Virus record (IMG/VR): IMGVR_UViG_3300025909_000005
Reading direction: 5' to 3' (one strand)
From: a virus
Lineage: Duplodnaviria; Caudoviricetes
Length of the DNA: 64,000 bases
Of the stretch, positions 8,972-18,070 are shown piece after piece (the first letter of the stretch is position 1; every line of letters starts with the position of its first letter). A model generated the notes under the pieces. That model was not told where the DNA came from, searched no databases, and saw nothing but the letters and a program-made list of their open reading frames with translations. The position numbers and the translations under genes are program-made.

Positions 8972-10279
8972 ATGGCAGGATCACGAATCGCACCAGTACT
9001 CGCAGTGATTGGAGCTGGTTACGGTGACGAAGGCAAGGGCCTCTTCACCGACTACCTTGCCCGCAAGCACTCGAGATTCCAAGGCACGAAGGTTCCTCTC
9101 GTCATGAGAGGAAACGGTGGTGCACAAGCTGGCCACACTGTCGTCGATGGCACGAGGCGTCACGTCTTTGGCCACATCGGCTCAGGCACGATGGCTGGTG
9201 CTCGTACCTACCTCGCTGAGAACTTCATCGTCAACCCCATGGCCTTCGCTCCTGAACTGGAGAAGGTGAAGGCCCTTGGCATGGACCCGACCGTCTATGC
9301 CCACTCCAACTGCCGTGTCACAACGATCTTCGACATGGCGCTGAATTCCCTGGCCGAGCTCTTCCGAGGTCGCGCCCTTCACGGCTCATGCGGCTACGGC
9401 ATCAACGAGACCGTGACTCGCAACGAGGCGGGCTACTACCTCACGATGGCTGACATCCGTGCAGGCACCGCAGTTCTCGCAACCAAGCTCGAGGACATCC
9501 TTCGCGAGTACGTACCGACCCGGCTCTATGCCATCGGCTACCAGGAATGGGACCGCGACTCGGCCACCCCGCAAGTCAGAGCGCAGGCGGACGTCTACCT
9601 CAAGACCGTCATGGTGCAACAGGACGATCGTGCGGCCCACTGCAGCGCCCTCGCATCGAGGATGCAGAAGGACGTTCACTCGATCCACCTCTACGACCCG
9701 AAGTCGTTCACGTGGTCAGGCGAGCCGATCATCTACGAAGGTGCACAAGGCCTGCTGCTCGACGAGTACCACGGTACGTTCCCGCACGTGACCCGCTCCG
9801 TGACAGGCGTCGCCTCCGCTGTTCGTGCTGCCGCTGAAGCTGGACGCACTCAAGTTCAGCCGTACTACATCACGCGCTGCTACACGACCCGCCACGGTGC
9901 GGGTCCCCTGTACAAGGAAGGCGAGATCATCACCGATGGCGTCCGCTCGCTTCCTGATGAAACGAACATGCCGAACCAGCACCAGGGCACGCTGCGCTTC
10001 GCACCGCTGAATCTCGGCCACCTTCGGAACGCAATCGAGCGAGACATGGAACGTGCACGTCACGTCGGCCAGGTCTTCAACATCGAGGTCCTTCAGCCGA
10101 AGCTTGTCGTCACCCACCTCGACCAGCTCGGCCGCAAGGTGCAGTTTGCTGGATGGAGCTACCTTGTCGAGAGTGAAGCTGCTGCGAAAGCAATCGGCAA
10201 CTTCCTCGAGGTGTCCGTCTCGCACGTTTCCTACGGACCTGAAGCAAAGGATGTACGAGAGTTCACCTCTGAGCTATAA
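8972..10279 (+). CDS. purA: adenylosuccinate synthetase-like protein (divergent PurA family)
   Basis: GAGYGDEGKG P-loop, GAQAGHT, EGAQGLLLD, FPHVTRS, TRHGAGP. Confidence 0.85.
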   Translation: MAGSRIAPVLAVIGAGYGDEGKGLFTDYLARKHSRFQGTKVPLVMRGNGGAQAGHTVVDGTRRHVFGHIGSGTMAGARTYLAENFIVNPMAFAPELEKVKALGMDPTVYAHSNCRVTTIFDMALNSLAELFRGRALHGSCGYGINETVTRNEAGYYLTMADIRAGTAVLATKLEDILREYVPTRLYAIGYQEWDRDSATPQVRAQADVYLKTVMVQQDDRAAHCSALASRMQKDVHSIHLYDPKSFTWSGEPIIYEGAQGLLLDEYHGTFPHVTRSVTGVASAVRAAAEAGRTQVQPYYITRCYTTRHGAGPLYKEGEIITDGVRSLPDETNMPNQHQGTLRFAPLNLGHLRNAIERDMERARHVGQVFNIEVLQPKLVVTHLDQLGRKVQFAGWSYLVESEAAAKAIGNFLEVSVSHVSYGPEAKDVREFTSEL

Positions 10280-10338
10280 TGTTTCCATACAGTCGTGATA
10301 GACACGACTGCCCATCAACTTGATTAGGAGCTAATCAA

Positions 10339-11811
10339 ATGTCTGAAAAACTCGTTCCCTACACCCCGAAGCGCCTCACGTACAACCCGCTGATGCGCAC
10401 GGACAGCTACAAGTTCTCGCACGCCTTCTCGTACCCGAGCAACGCCACTGGCATGTTCTCGTACATCGAGGCCCGCACCGGCGGCCAGGACATCATCGTC
10501 CCTTTCGGCCTGCAGATCTGGCTGAACGAACACCTCTCCATTCCCATCACCGCAGAGAACATCGACGAGGCCGAGCTCTTCGCAGCTGCCCACGGTGAAC
10601 CCTTCAGCCGCGCGGCCTGGGAGAAGGTCCTCAACAAGTATCACGGCTACATGCCCGTGACCATCCGCGCCGTTCCCGAAGGCACGCCGGTTCCGAGCGG
10701 CAACGCCCTCGTGACCATCCAGTGCGAGGACGAAGAGCTCGTCGGCGAAGTCAACAGGATTCTCGTCTTCTGGATCGCCTCGTACCTCGAGACGCAGATG
10801 CTGCGCGCCTACTGGTACCCGACCACTATCGCCACCCTCGACCGTGCGACGAAGCTGCAGATCAAGCGCTTCTACGAAATCGCCGGTGCCGACCTCAACT
10901 TCCTGCCCTTCTCGCTGCACGACTTCGGCGGCCGCGGCGTTTCGTCCGGCGAGACCGCTGCCATCGGCGGTGCCGCCCACCTGCCGTCCTTCATGGGCTC
11001 GGACACGGTCGAAGGCGTTCGCTACGCCAACTTCTACTACGACGAGGCCATGTCGGCCTTCTCCGTCCGTGCGACGGAGCACTCGGTCGCCTGCTCGTTC
11101 GGCCTGTCGGATGAAGACGAGATCGCGTACATCGCCCACCAGCTGAAGGTCTTCGAAGGCAATGGCAACATCATCTCGATGGTCGGCGACTCGAAGAGCA
11201 TCAAGCGCTTCGCAAAGCACCTGTGCACGACCTTCCGTGACCAGATCATGGACCTCCATGAGCGCCTCGGCATGAAGATCGTCTGCCGCCCGGACTCCGG
11301 CGATCCGCTCGAGATCATTCCGATGCTGCTGAAGATGTTCGCTGACGCGTTCCCGACCACGAAGACCAGCGCCGGCTACATCAAGCTCTACCCCGGCATC
11401 GGCATCCTGCAGGGCGACGGCGTCGATCGCATGACGATCCTCACCATCCTCGGCAACATCATGGCCATGAACTTCTCGCCGGACAACATCGTCTTCGGTT
11501 CCGGTGGCGGCCTGCTGCAGAAGGTCAACCGCGACACGTTCAAGTTCGCGATGAAGGCCTCTGCGATCAAGGTCGACGGCAAGTGGAAGGGCATCGTCAA
11601 GGACCCGGAAACCGACCCCGGCAAGAAGTCGAAGGAAGGCATCCTGACCCTCGCGACGAACGGCCTCGGTGACTACCTCACGGTGCGCCTCGACAACTCC
11701 GAGAACCCGTACCCGCGCGGCTATCACGATGCCATGGTCACGGTCTACGACAAGGGCCAGTTCTACAACCATACGACGCTGGCTGAAGTCCGCGCCCGCT
11801 GCGCGGTCTAA
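10339..11811 (+). CDS. nadV: nicotinamide phosphoribosyltransferase (NAMPT/NadV)
   Basis: TDSYKFSH, LHDFGGRG, ATEHS, RPDSGDP, ILQGDG, GSGGGLLQKVNRDT, KDPETDPGKKSK. Confidence 0.93.
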   Translation: MSEKLVPYTPKRLTYNPLMRTDSYKFSHAFSYPSNATGMFSYIEARTGGQDIIVPFGLQIWLNEHLSIPITAENIDEAELFAAAHGEPFSRAAWEKVLNKYHGYMPVTIRAVPEGTPVPSGNALVTIQCEDEELVGEVNRILVFWIASYLETQMLRAYWYPTTIATLDRATKLQIKRFYEIAGADLNFLPFSLHDFGGRGVSSGETAAIGGAAHLPSFMGSDTVEGVRYANFYYDEAMSAFSVRATEHSVACSFGLSDEDEIAYIAHQLKVFEGNGNIISMVGDSKSIKRFAKHLCTTFRDQIMDLHERLGMKIVCRPDSGDPLEIIPMLLKMFADAFPTTKTSAGYIKLYPGIGILQGDGVDRMTILTILGNIMAMNFSPDNIVFGSGGGLLQKVNRDTFKFAMKASAIKVDGKWKGIVKDPETDPGKKSKEGILTLATNGLGDYLTVRLDNSENPYPRGYHDAMVTVYDKGQFYNHTTLAEVRARCAV

Positions 11812-11813
11812 TC

Positions 11814-12158
11814 ATGATGCGGGTCGTGTACATCGCGGTCCCCAGTCGTGGGGTTGTCAATGGCAACCTCACCTCTGGCTTCATCGAGGAGATGGCAATC
11901 CTCACTGAAGAGAACCGCAACTGCTGCTTCATCTCGCCCATGCTGCAGAACTACCAGCTCCTTGGCTACATGCGAGTCCATGGCGCCGAGTGGGCGGACT
12001 GGGAGGAGCACTGCACCGCGCTCATCAAGAAGTGTGATGAGATGTGGGTGATCAAGTATCGCGGCTGGGAGGAGTCTACTGGCGTGAAGGTCGAGACCTC
12101 GATCGCCAAGGCTGCTGCCATTCCGGTAGTCTACAAGGAAAGCGTCTGGGCTGAGTGA
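11814..12158 (+). CDS. nucleoside deoxyribosyltransferase-like (DUF1937/DUF4406-type) protein
   Basis: VYIAVP...ISPM...W...KCDEMWV...GWEESTGV..E pattern. Confidence 0.6.
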   Translation: MMRVVYIAVPSRGVVNGNLTSGFIEEMAILTEENRNCCFISPMLQNYQLLGYMRVHGAEWADWEEHCTALIKKCDEMWVIKYRGWEESTGVKVETSIAKAAAIPVVYKESVWAE

Positions 12159-12646
12159 TGGACAACAGAGGCAAGCGTCACACTCGCATCGTGAGCTGGC
12201 AGCATTCTCCAATGTGGACGTATGCGGAGCAGGCGGAGTGGCTTGGATTGCAAGGCCTCAAACACCCGCGGCTTAATAAGGCGGCTGACGAGTGGATGGC
12301 GAACACGTGGACCTACGACACCCTCTCTGACGCCGCAAAGCAGTGGATGAAGGAGAATGTCAAGGACTGGGAGGATGAGGAGGCGCTGTACTCCGCCCAG
12401 TACAAGGGCAAGAAGCTTCGCTTCAGGTGCAAGCGCTGTACCGAGTGGTACTCGATCTCGTACTCGCACTGCAAGCGCGGCGGGTGGGGGTCTGAGTACG
12501 AACACACGGACGGTGGCAGCCACTTTCCATGTCGCACACCTGAGGAGCAGATGGCAGAGTGGGACAGGCAGTGGAGGGATTACCAGCGCATGCAGGAGCA
12601 GTGGGCCAAGGAGCCATACGACCCTCACGCACCGAGTGGCTTCTGA
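12155..12646 (+). CDS. hypothetical Trp-rich protein with CxxC
   Basis: 163 aa ORF. Confidence 0.65.
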   Translation: MMDNRGKRHTRIVSWQHSPMWTYAEQAEWLGLQGLKHPRLNKAADEWMANTWTYDTLSDAAKQWMKENVKDWEDEEALYSAQYKGKKLRFRCKRCTEWYSISYSHCKRGGWGSEYEHTDGGSHFPCRTPEEQMAEWDRQWRDYQRMQEQWAKEPYDPHAPSGF

Positions 12647-12690
12647 CCCCACTGTGATATAATGGGTCATCAGCCACTGAAGGACCCAAT

Positions 12691-13005
12691 ATGACTCCCG
12701 AATACAAGGCCTCGTCCGTGATGATCCTCGCGGTGGCCTACAAGACCGTCTCCGCAAAGAAGGGGAAGGGCGAGACCGTCACCCACGAGAACGCCATCGG
12801 CCTGATCCCTTGGAACGTGGAAAAGGACCCACTGCCCGTCGGCTGGAAGTCCGGCAAGAGCCGCGTCGATTTCCGCACCATCTCCATTGGCTGGACCCGC
12901 GATGCGGGCAAGAGCTTCATCAACCACATGGACCTGCTTGAGAAGTACGGTCACCTCGGCGGGATCGGTATGGTCGAAGCCGAGTACCCGAAGGACAAGG
13001 AATGA
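12691..13005 (+). CDS. hypothetical protein
   Basis: RBS AAGGA; hairpin-embedded TGTGATATAAT promoter upstream. Confidence 0.7.
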   Translation: MTPEYKASSVMILAVAYKTVSAKKGKGETVTHENAIGLIPWNVEKDPLPVGWKSGKSRVDFRTISIGWTRDAGKSFINHMDLLEKYGHLGGIGMVEAEYPKDKE

Positions 13006-13541
13006 GAAACACCCACCAGTACCCCGTCACCCTCGAAGAGGTGAACAGCATGATCAAGGGCGTCGATCTCGGTGGCCCTGACGCTCCAATCGGCAGCATC
13101 GATCCGCTGGCCCTACACCTGCTCAAGGGCTTCCTCGACACACCGAAGGTGCAGAAGGCGCTGGGTGCCTACCTCGAAGAGGTTCAGCCCAAGTCAACTG
13201 ACAAGGGACTCGATGCGCTGACGCTCAGCACCATTCGCAACCTCTTCTCGTACGCCTACGGCCGCCGCCCGTTCACGCACATCTACAGTGCCGACTACGC
13301 CGGCATCTCGACCCGCGGCTCGTACGTGTACGACCTCAACAAGGACAACCCGCACACGAAGGTTCGGCTCTACGTTCGCCTCGATCGCATGCGCCTGCGT
13401 GGTGAACTCGATGAAGACCTATTCCAGGACGTGCCACGAATCGAGACCCTGCCTGAGCTGAATGCGCTCAGTGATGAGCCCATCTCCGGCATCGGTGCGC
13501 TTCTCCGGGACCTCCGAAACCTTTTCCCAGGACGTAGCTGA
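13002..13541 (+). CDS. hypothetical protein
   Basis: 179 aa, ATGA overlap. Confidence 0.7.
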   Translation: MRNTHQYPVTLEEVNSMIKGVDLGGPDAPIGSIDPLALHLLKGFLDTPKVQKALGAYLEEVQPKSTDKGLDALTLSTIRNLFSYAYGRRPFTHIYSADYAGISTRGSYVYDLNKDNPHTKVRLYVRLDRMRLRGELDEDLFQDVPRIETLPELNALSDEPISGIGALLRDLRNLFPGRS

Positions 13542-13556
13542 TCCTACTTCATGCCA

Positions 13557-13562
13557 TAAATA
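13557..13562 (+). promoter_or_regulatory. T4-type late promoter TAAATA (also at 15607, 16040, 23954, 31930, 33668, 35617, 36660, 37920, 44582, 48683, 63169, 63726)
   Basis: recurrent TAAATA a short distance upstream of RBSs or RNA genes; matches the gp55-dependent consensus. Confidence 0.75.
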
Positions 13563-13594
13563 AGTGATCTGGAAAAGATCACTTAGAGGCATGA

Positions 13595-14959
13595 ATGAGA
13601 ATCGACCACCTGTACCGTCCGATCCTGCTCGAGTACAAGCGCGACATCACCGCAAAGAACTGGGGCGAGAAGCTCCTGAAGCGCTACAACGAAGACACGG
13701 GTCAAAAGCCTGAGATCAAGGTTGGTCGCAAGCCTGGTGACAACGAAGCCGCAATCAACACCCTCCTCGAGCACATCGAGGCGATGGACCCAACCAAGAA
13801 CAAGCAGTACACCGAGTGGCTCATTCGTCAGTACCTGAAGGGTCAGTTCCTGCTTGAAGACAGTGAGCGAGTCAAGGGAACCCTTGTCAACTTCGAGTCG
13901 CGCAAGCGCCGTATGGAGAACGCCGACATCGGCAAGTACACGTACCACTCGCTCGAGGACGCAGTCGACGCGCACGCCAAGAAGGAAGATGACGAGATCG
14001 ACCTTGACAAGGCTGACGCCACTGACGGTGATGACCCTGACGCCAAGATCAAGGACGTAAAGGTCCTGTACAAGGGACCGCTCGGCCTGCTCGCCATCCC
14101 TCTGACGAAGGAAGCTTCGTGTGAGATTGGTCGCGGCACCAAGTGGTGCACCGCAGCAACCGGTTCGGGCAACTACTTCCACCACTACTCCAAGCCAGAC
14201 AAGCCGCTCATCGTCTGGAAGGACAAGAACGGTGAGAAGTACCAGTTCCACTTCGACACTGACCAGTACATGGACGCGCAGGACCGTGCAATCCCTCAGT
14301 CGAAGCTTGAGGACATGCGCAAGAACAACCCAGTGCTCCGCAAGATGTTTGCGAAGTACGAGGGCGAATTCGGCACCGATCCTGCCAAGGCCATCCGTTA
14401 CGCCCGTCGTTTCGGCAAGCTTGGTCCAGATGTTGAGAAGGCCATCATCAAGTCTGGTCCAGAGAACGTTTACAACTACGCTGTTGCCATCAACCGCCGC
14501 TTCCCCGAGGGCGAGGACACCCTCATGAAGGGACCGATCCGCAACACACTGGACTACGTTGGCAAGTTCCTGAAGGGTGAGGGTCTCTCAAAGGAGAACC
14601 TCAAGATCATCGCGTCGAGCCCAGTCTCTGCAGTCGGCTACGCCGTGCAGATGAAGAAGCCATTCCCTGAGGGTGAGGATGCCATTGCATCTGACCCAAC
14701 AGCATCTGCTGAGTACGCAAAGTCGGTCATCAAGGGTCGTTGGCAACCAGGTGAGTCTGCGATCTCACGAGATGCAGAAGCCACGGTCTCTTACGCAAAG
14801 GACGTTCTCAAGGGTCGCTTTGAGCGCGGTGAGGACAGCCTTGAAAACAACAAGACAGAGGCGTATCGCTACGTCCACTACCTCCGCAGCCTGATCCCTG
14901 GATCCCAGTACAAGGACATCGAAGAGCTGCCAGACATGGCACCAGGCTGGAAGAAATAA
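13595..14959 (+). CDS. late protein with GTKWCTA domain and C-terminal YA..V.KGR..EGE repeats (possibly virion-associated)
   Basis: late promoter; GRGTKWCTAA...KYQFHF...QYMDAQDR; about 23-aa tandem repeats. Confidence 0.75.
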   Translation: MRIDHLYRPILLEYKRDITAKNWGEKLLKRYNEDTGQKPEIKVGRKPGDNEAAINTLLEHIEAMDPTKNKQYTEWLIRQYLKGQFLLEDSERVKGTLVNFESRKRRMENADIGKYTYHSLEDAVDAHAKKEDDEIDLDKADATDGDDPDAKIKDVKVLYKGPLGLLAIPLTKEASCEIGRGTKWCTAATGSGNYFHHYSKPDKPLIVWKDKNGEKYQFHFDTDQYMDAQDRAIPQSKLEDMRKNNPVLRKMFAKYEGEFGTDPAKAIRYARRFGKLGPDVEKAIIKSGPENVYNYAVAINRRFPEGEDTLMKGPIRNTLDYVGKFLKGEGLSKENLKIIASSPVSAVGYAVQMKKPFPEGEDAIASDPTASAEYAKSVIKGRWQPGESAISRDAEATVSYAKDVLKGRFERGEDSLENNKTEAYRYVHYLRSLIPGSQYKDIEELPDMAPGWKK

Positions 14960-14968
14960 GGAACGAAC

Positions 14969-15613
14969 ATGCCAAACGCAGTTGTAAAGAGCTACGCCAA
15001 GAAGACTGGAAAGTCGCCTGAGCACATCGAAGGATGGTGGAAGGAGGCCGAGAAGGAAGCCAAGAAGAAGTTCCCAAAGAAGGGCCCTCACTACTGGGCG
15101 TACGTGAACGGCATCGTGAAGCGCCGTGGTGGCATCAAGGAGGTCATCGGCTTCCGTGACTTCGTTGACCTGCTCTCAGAAGAGGATGGCGGTGAGAAGG
15201 AGTCAGCGCTCTCCAAGATGTCCAAGGAACACGGTCCTGTCCTGGACAGGATCGAGAAGATCAAGGACCTTGGGCGCACCTTCGACAAGGCTCTCAAGGC
15301 TGACGGAGATGAGAAGGCGAAGGGCAACTACGCGCACTGGCTGAAGACGACCGACAAGTACCGAGTCGCCTACTTCACCGACACCGATCTCGACATTGAA
15401 ACCGTCCTCGTCTTCCGCGGCCACAAGTGCTTCGGCCTGGCATCGAAGAACGACAGCGACGCAATCATCGACTTCAAGTTCGTGCCAATGGAACGCAGCG
15501 ACTGGCAGGCGATCGAGGACTTCAGCTTGGACAACCTTGACTCCTCGGCTACAATCACTGATGAGAACCTCGACCACTATGTTGAGATGATTCTCCAGGC
15601 CACTCATAAATAA
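14969..15613 (+). CDS. hypothetical late protein
   Basis: RBS TAAGGA; basic N-terminal domain. Confidence 0.75.
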   Translation: MPNAVVKSYAKKTGKSPEHIEGWWKEAEKEAKKKFPKKGPHYWAYVNGIVKRRGGIKEVIGFRDFVDLLSEEDGGEKESALSKMSKEHGPVLDRIEKIKDLGRTFDKALKADGDEKAKGNYAHWLKTTDKYRVAYFTDTDLDIETVLVFRGHKCFGLASKNDSDAIIDFKFVPMERSDWQAIEDFSLDNLDSSATITDENLDHYVEMILQATHK

Positions 15614-15650
15614 ACCAGAGCACAGGTTGAGGCCTGTGCTATAATAGAAA

Positions 15651-16000
15651 CATACTGCAGCAATGCAGTTGTATTGTCGTAATTCGGCATGACTTGAAGG
15701 ATTTGAGACGCGGGTTCGATTCCCGCCGGCTCCACCACAAATCATCTTAGCAAGAACCTTACGCCAACGTTGTGGCAAGGAAAGCAGCAAGGGTGATTTG
15801 TCATGGGGCCGACCAGGCTATCGATCAGGTTACGGAGATGATTGACGCGACACGTCGTAGTGACGTTAAAAACTCGTCTAGTAAACGCAAACGACTCCAA
15901 CTACGCGATCGCCGCTTAATAACCGGCCCGCGCGCGGCATAAGCCACCGTGTAAAAGAATGAGCTAGGACGGACCCGAGGAGCAATCTTTGGGTCCGTCT
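15651..16000 (+). ncRNA. ssrA: two-piece (circularly permuted) tmRNA: acceptor piece ~15651-15737, intervening hairpin 15738-15804, coding piece from 15805; tag (A)ANDSNYAIAA
   Basis: T-arm and CGGCTCC-A-CCA lie upstream of GGGGCCG (7-bp acceptor with G3.U70); tag ORF GCA AAC GAC...GCC GCT TAA at 15887-15919; promoter TATAAT 15640; 3' hairpin 15968-15999. Confidence 0.92.
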
Positions 16001-16068
16001 GCCTTTCCAGGTCGATGGACCTGACTTTCGCTTCCATCGTAAATACGTTCAACTTCAAAGGAGTTGAG

Positions 16069-16503
16069 ATGATGACCCACCTTCTGGCCGCTGTAGTTGC
16101 AGTTGGCCTGGCCGCAGCAACACCCACACCTCGTCAACCCGTGTGGGATGACATAGCGAGTTCGAAGGTGTTCAAGATCAGTCTGGACCTAAAGTCGGTA
16201 GACGTCAAGGCAGACAACACGGTTCATTCTCAGCTGAAGGTCACGTACAACGTGCCCATCCCTGTGAAGGGAAAGAAGAAGACAGGGCACTACTACATCG
16301 AGCAGGTAACTGCAGACTGCGGTGCCGACAAGCTCGTCGTGACTGGTGCCACACTGTTCTCAAAGGACGGTGAGCCTTTGGCGCAAGACGACCACCTCAA
16401 CATGGACCTGCCAAACAACCACATCGATGGCACGTTTGTCACGAGCTTCATGGACCTCATGTGTAACGGCGGCAAAAATACGATTCCTGCGATCAACGTT
16501 TGA
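16069..16503 (+). CDS. secreted/periplasmic protein (adhesin-E-like fold, tentative)
   Basis: signal peptide, two Cys, late promoter. Confidence 0.7.
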   Translation: MMTHLLAAVVAVGLAAATPTPRQPVWDDIASSKVFKISLDLKSVDVKADNTVHSQLKVTYNVPIPVKGKKKTGHYYIEQVTADCGADKLVVTGATLFSKDGEPLAQDDHLNMDLPNNHIDGTFVTSFMDLMCNGGKNTIPAINV

Positions 16504-16532
16504 GTTATAATGACTCATCGACGGTAAATACT

Positions 16533-16651
16533 GAAGGATGTTGTAGCTCACCGGGAGAGCGGCCCCGAGGACGGGGTGTCCAATCATGTTCAGTCGGGTT
16601 CGCCCGTCATGCGTGATAGCGTAGGTGGTTCGATTCCATCCACAACCTTCA
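16533..16651 (+). ncRNA. tRNA-like RNA with irregular acceptor stem and expanded anticodon/variable region
   Basis: TAGCTCA..GAGC D-arm, GGTGG-TTCGATT-CCATC T-arm, about 45 extra nt. Confidence 0.5.
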
Positions 16652-16666
16652 GTGTTATTGTTCGAC

Positions 16667-16738
16667 GCCTCGGTAGCTCAGTGGTAGAGCGGATGCCTCT
16701 AAAACGTCGGGTCGTGGGTTCGATTCCCACCCGGGGCA
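16667..16738 (+). tRNA. amber suppressor tRNA (anticodon CTA), no encoded CCA
   Basis: GCCTCGG/CCGGGGC acceptor, loop CTCTAAA, canonical D and T arms. Confidence 0.85.
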
Positions 16739-16753
16739 CAGATAAGGATGACC

Positions 16754-16960
16754 ATGGGACGTAGACTTTCCCTGCATGAAATGAATGCCATCAGGCATGA
16801 GGACGATGTTCGCAACTCGCAGATCAAGCGAGGCGAATGGAAGCCGAAGACAAACAACAACTATCACTGCGTGTGTGGTTGTGGTGCGTTCGCATGCGTG
16901 TTCGTGAGCTCAATTCCGCAGACGGTCCTGCCCATGGACGAACGATCAAATGTCTCTTAG
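16754..16960 (+). CDS. small Cys-containing protein between the two suppressor tRNAs; its TAG stop lies inside the second tRNA
   Basis: RBS TAAGG; HCVCGCG motif. Confidence 0.55.
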   Translation: MGRRLSLHEMNAIRHEDDVRNSQIKRGEWKPKTNNNYHCVCGCGAFACVFVSSIPQTVLPMDERSNVS

Positions 16961-17026
16961 CTCAATGGGTAGAGCGACGGTCTCTAAAACCGTATGTTCC
17001 GGGTTCGAGCCCCGGAGGGACGGCCA
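16951..17026 (+). tRNA. amber suppressor tRNA (anticodon CTA), G73, CCA encoded
   Basis: perfect ACGGT/ACCGT anticodon stem, loop CTCTAAA, TGTCTCT/AGGGACG acceptor. Confidence 0.9.
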
Positions 17027-17029
17027 AAC

Positions 17030-17275
17030 ATGTCTGCATTGAAGCGTATCGTTGCTGAGGCTGACGCCGACCCGAAAGGGTACGAGAAGGTGAATGACTT
17101 CTGGCAACAGTTCTTCGACTCGGTAAAGTTCGACAAGGTGAATGACACCGCCATGGTCGAATTTCGCGTCGAGCTGAACATGATCGACGAGGTGCGTGAG
17201 CTGCAGGAAGACCTGGAAAATTTCGAGCAGCTCGAGGCTCAGTTTCGACATCAAATCTCTGGAGACCAGAAGTGA
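17030..17275 (+). CDS. hypothetical protein, ADADPxGY N-terminal family
   Basis: MSALKRIVAEADADPKGYEK. Confidence 0.65.
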   Translation: MSALKRIVAEADADPKGYEKVNDFWQQFFDSVKFDKVNDTAMVEFRVELNMIDEVRELQEDLENFEQLEAQFRHQISGDQK

Positions 17276-17451
17276 AGCGCGTTACCATCACCGATGTCAA
17301 GCTACCTGACGCAGCGATCGAGGTGTACAAGATGTACGCCAAGCTGCTGAAGGACCAGGGGAAGTCTGTTCCCGAGCACGAAGAACTGCTGGAGTACGGC
17401 GAGTACTTCAACGTTCGTCTGAACGCAGACGGAACGTGGGAGCTGGTGTAA
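17272..17451 (+). CDS. small hypothetical protein (59 aa)
   Basis: GTGA overlap, RBS GGAG, ends TAA. Confidence 0.55.
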   Translation: MKRVTITDVKLPDAAIEVYKMYAKLLKDQGKSVPEHEELLEYGEYFNVRLNADGTWELV

Positions 17452-17492
17452 TCTAGTGTGTACTTCCCGGGGACGGGTAGTATAATGGCTTC

Positions 17493-17750
17493 ATGAACAA
17501 ACACATCCTCAAGCTGCTCGAAGAGATCAACAAGCGCAACACCACGCTGCGTGACATCTTCAAGATGAACGTCGAGGTCTACGACCTGACGAAGCCCCTG
17601 ACGAACGAGGAGATCGACAAGCTCCTCGTCCACTGCGAGGTCGAGCTCTCTCCCGAGGTCCTCACCTGCGACGGCGAACGCCGTGTTCCGAAGGGTCGTG
17701 TCGCCATGCTGACGAAGGCGCAGGAAGCCCTGCGTGCCGCGAAGCAATGA
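17493..17750 (+). CDS. hypothetical protein
   Basis: promoter TGTACT-N16-TATAAT directly upstream. Confidence 0.7.
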   Translation: MNKHILKLLEEINKRNTTLRDIFKMNVEVYDLTKPLTNEEIDKLLVHCEVELSPEVLTCDGERRVPKGRVAMLTKAQEALRAAKQ

Positions 17751-18070
17751 GCATCCTCGGCCGACTCGCTGCAGCCGCTGACGCGGACCCGGAAGGGTAC
17801 AAGAGGGCGACGCAGCCGAAGTTCGACTTCTGGAAGGCGGGCCGCGGGAAGACGAGCATTCGACTGCTTGAGGAGCTTGCTGGCGACTTCAACATTGACA
17901 CGCACATGTTTCAATTGGAACGATCACGCGTGATCACTGAGACGGCCCGAGGTATTCAACAGGACATGCTCCGCTACCTTGAGAATGATCTTGCGATCAC
18001 CAATGCTCTGATGCCGCGCCAGCGCGCGATCTTGAGCATTGACACCTCTGGTTCGATGGGGCAGCTGTGA
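17747..18070 (+). CDS. hypothetical protein, ADADPxGY family
   Basis: MSILGRLAAAADADPEGYKR. Confidence 0.65.
   Translation: MSILGRLAAAADADPEGYKRATQPKFDFWKAGRGKTSIRLLEELAGDFNIDTHMFQLERSRVITETARGIQQDMLRYLENDLAITNALMPRQRAILSIDTSGSMGQL

Noticed and set aside
8972-10279. PurZ / 2-aminoadenine (Z) genome pathway
   Set aside because: The P-loop is GDEGKG with the PurA aspartate, not the GSTGKG type of PurZ.
10324-11772. Long minus-strand ORFs (for example 10324-11772, 38464-39339, 55187-55999)
   Set aside because: These are antisense shadows of well-supported plus-strand genes, caused by strong codon bias; they have no RBS or motifs.
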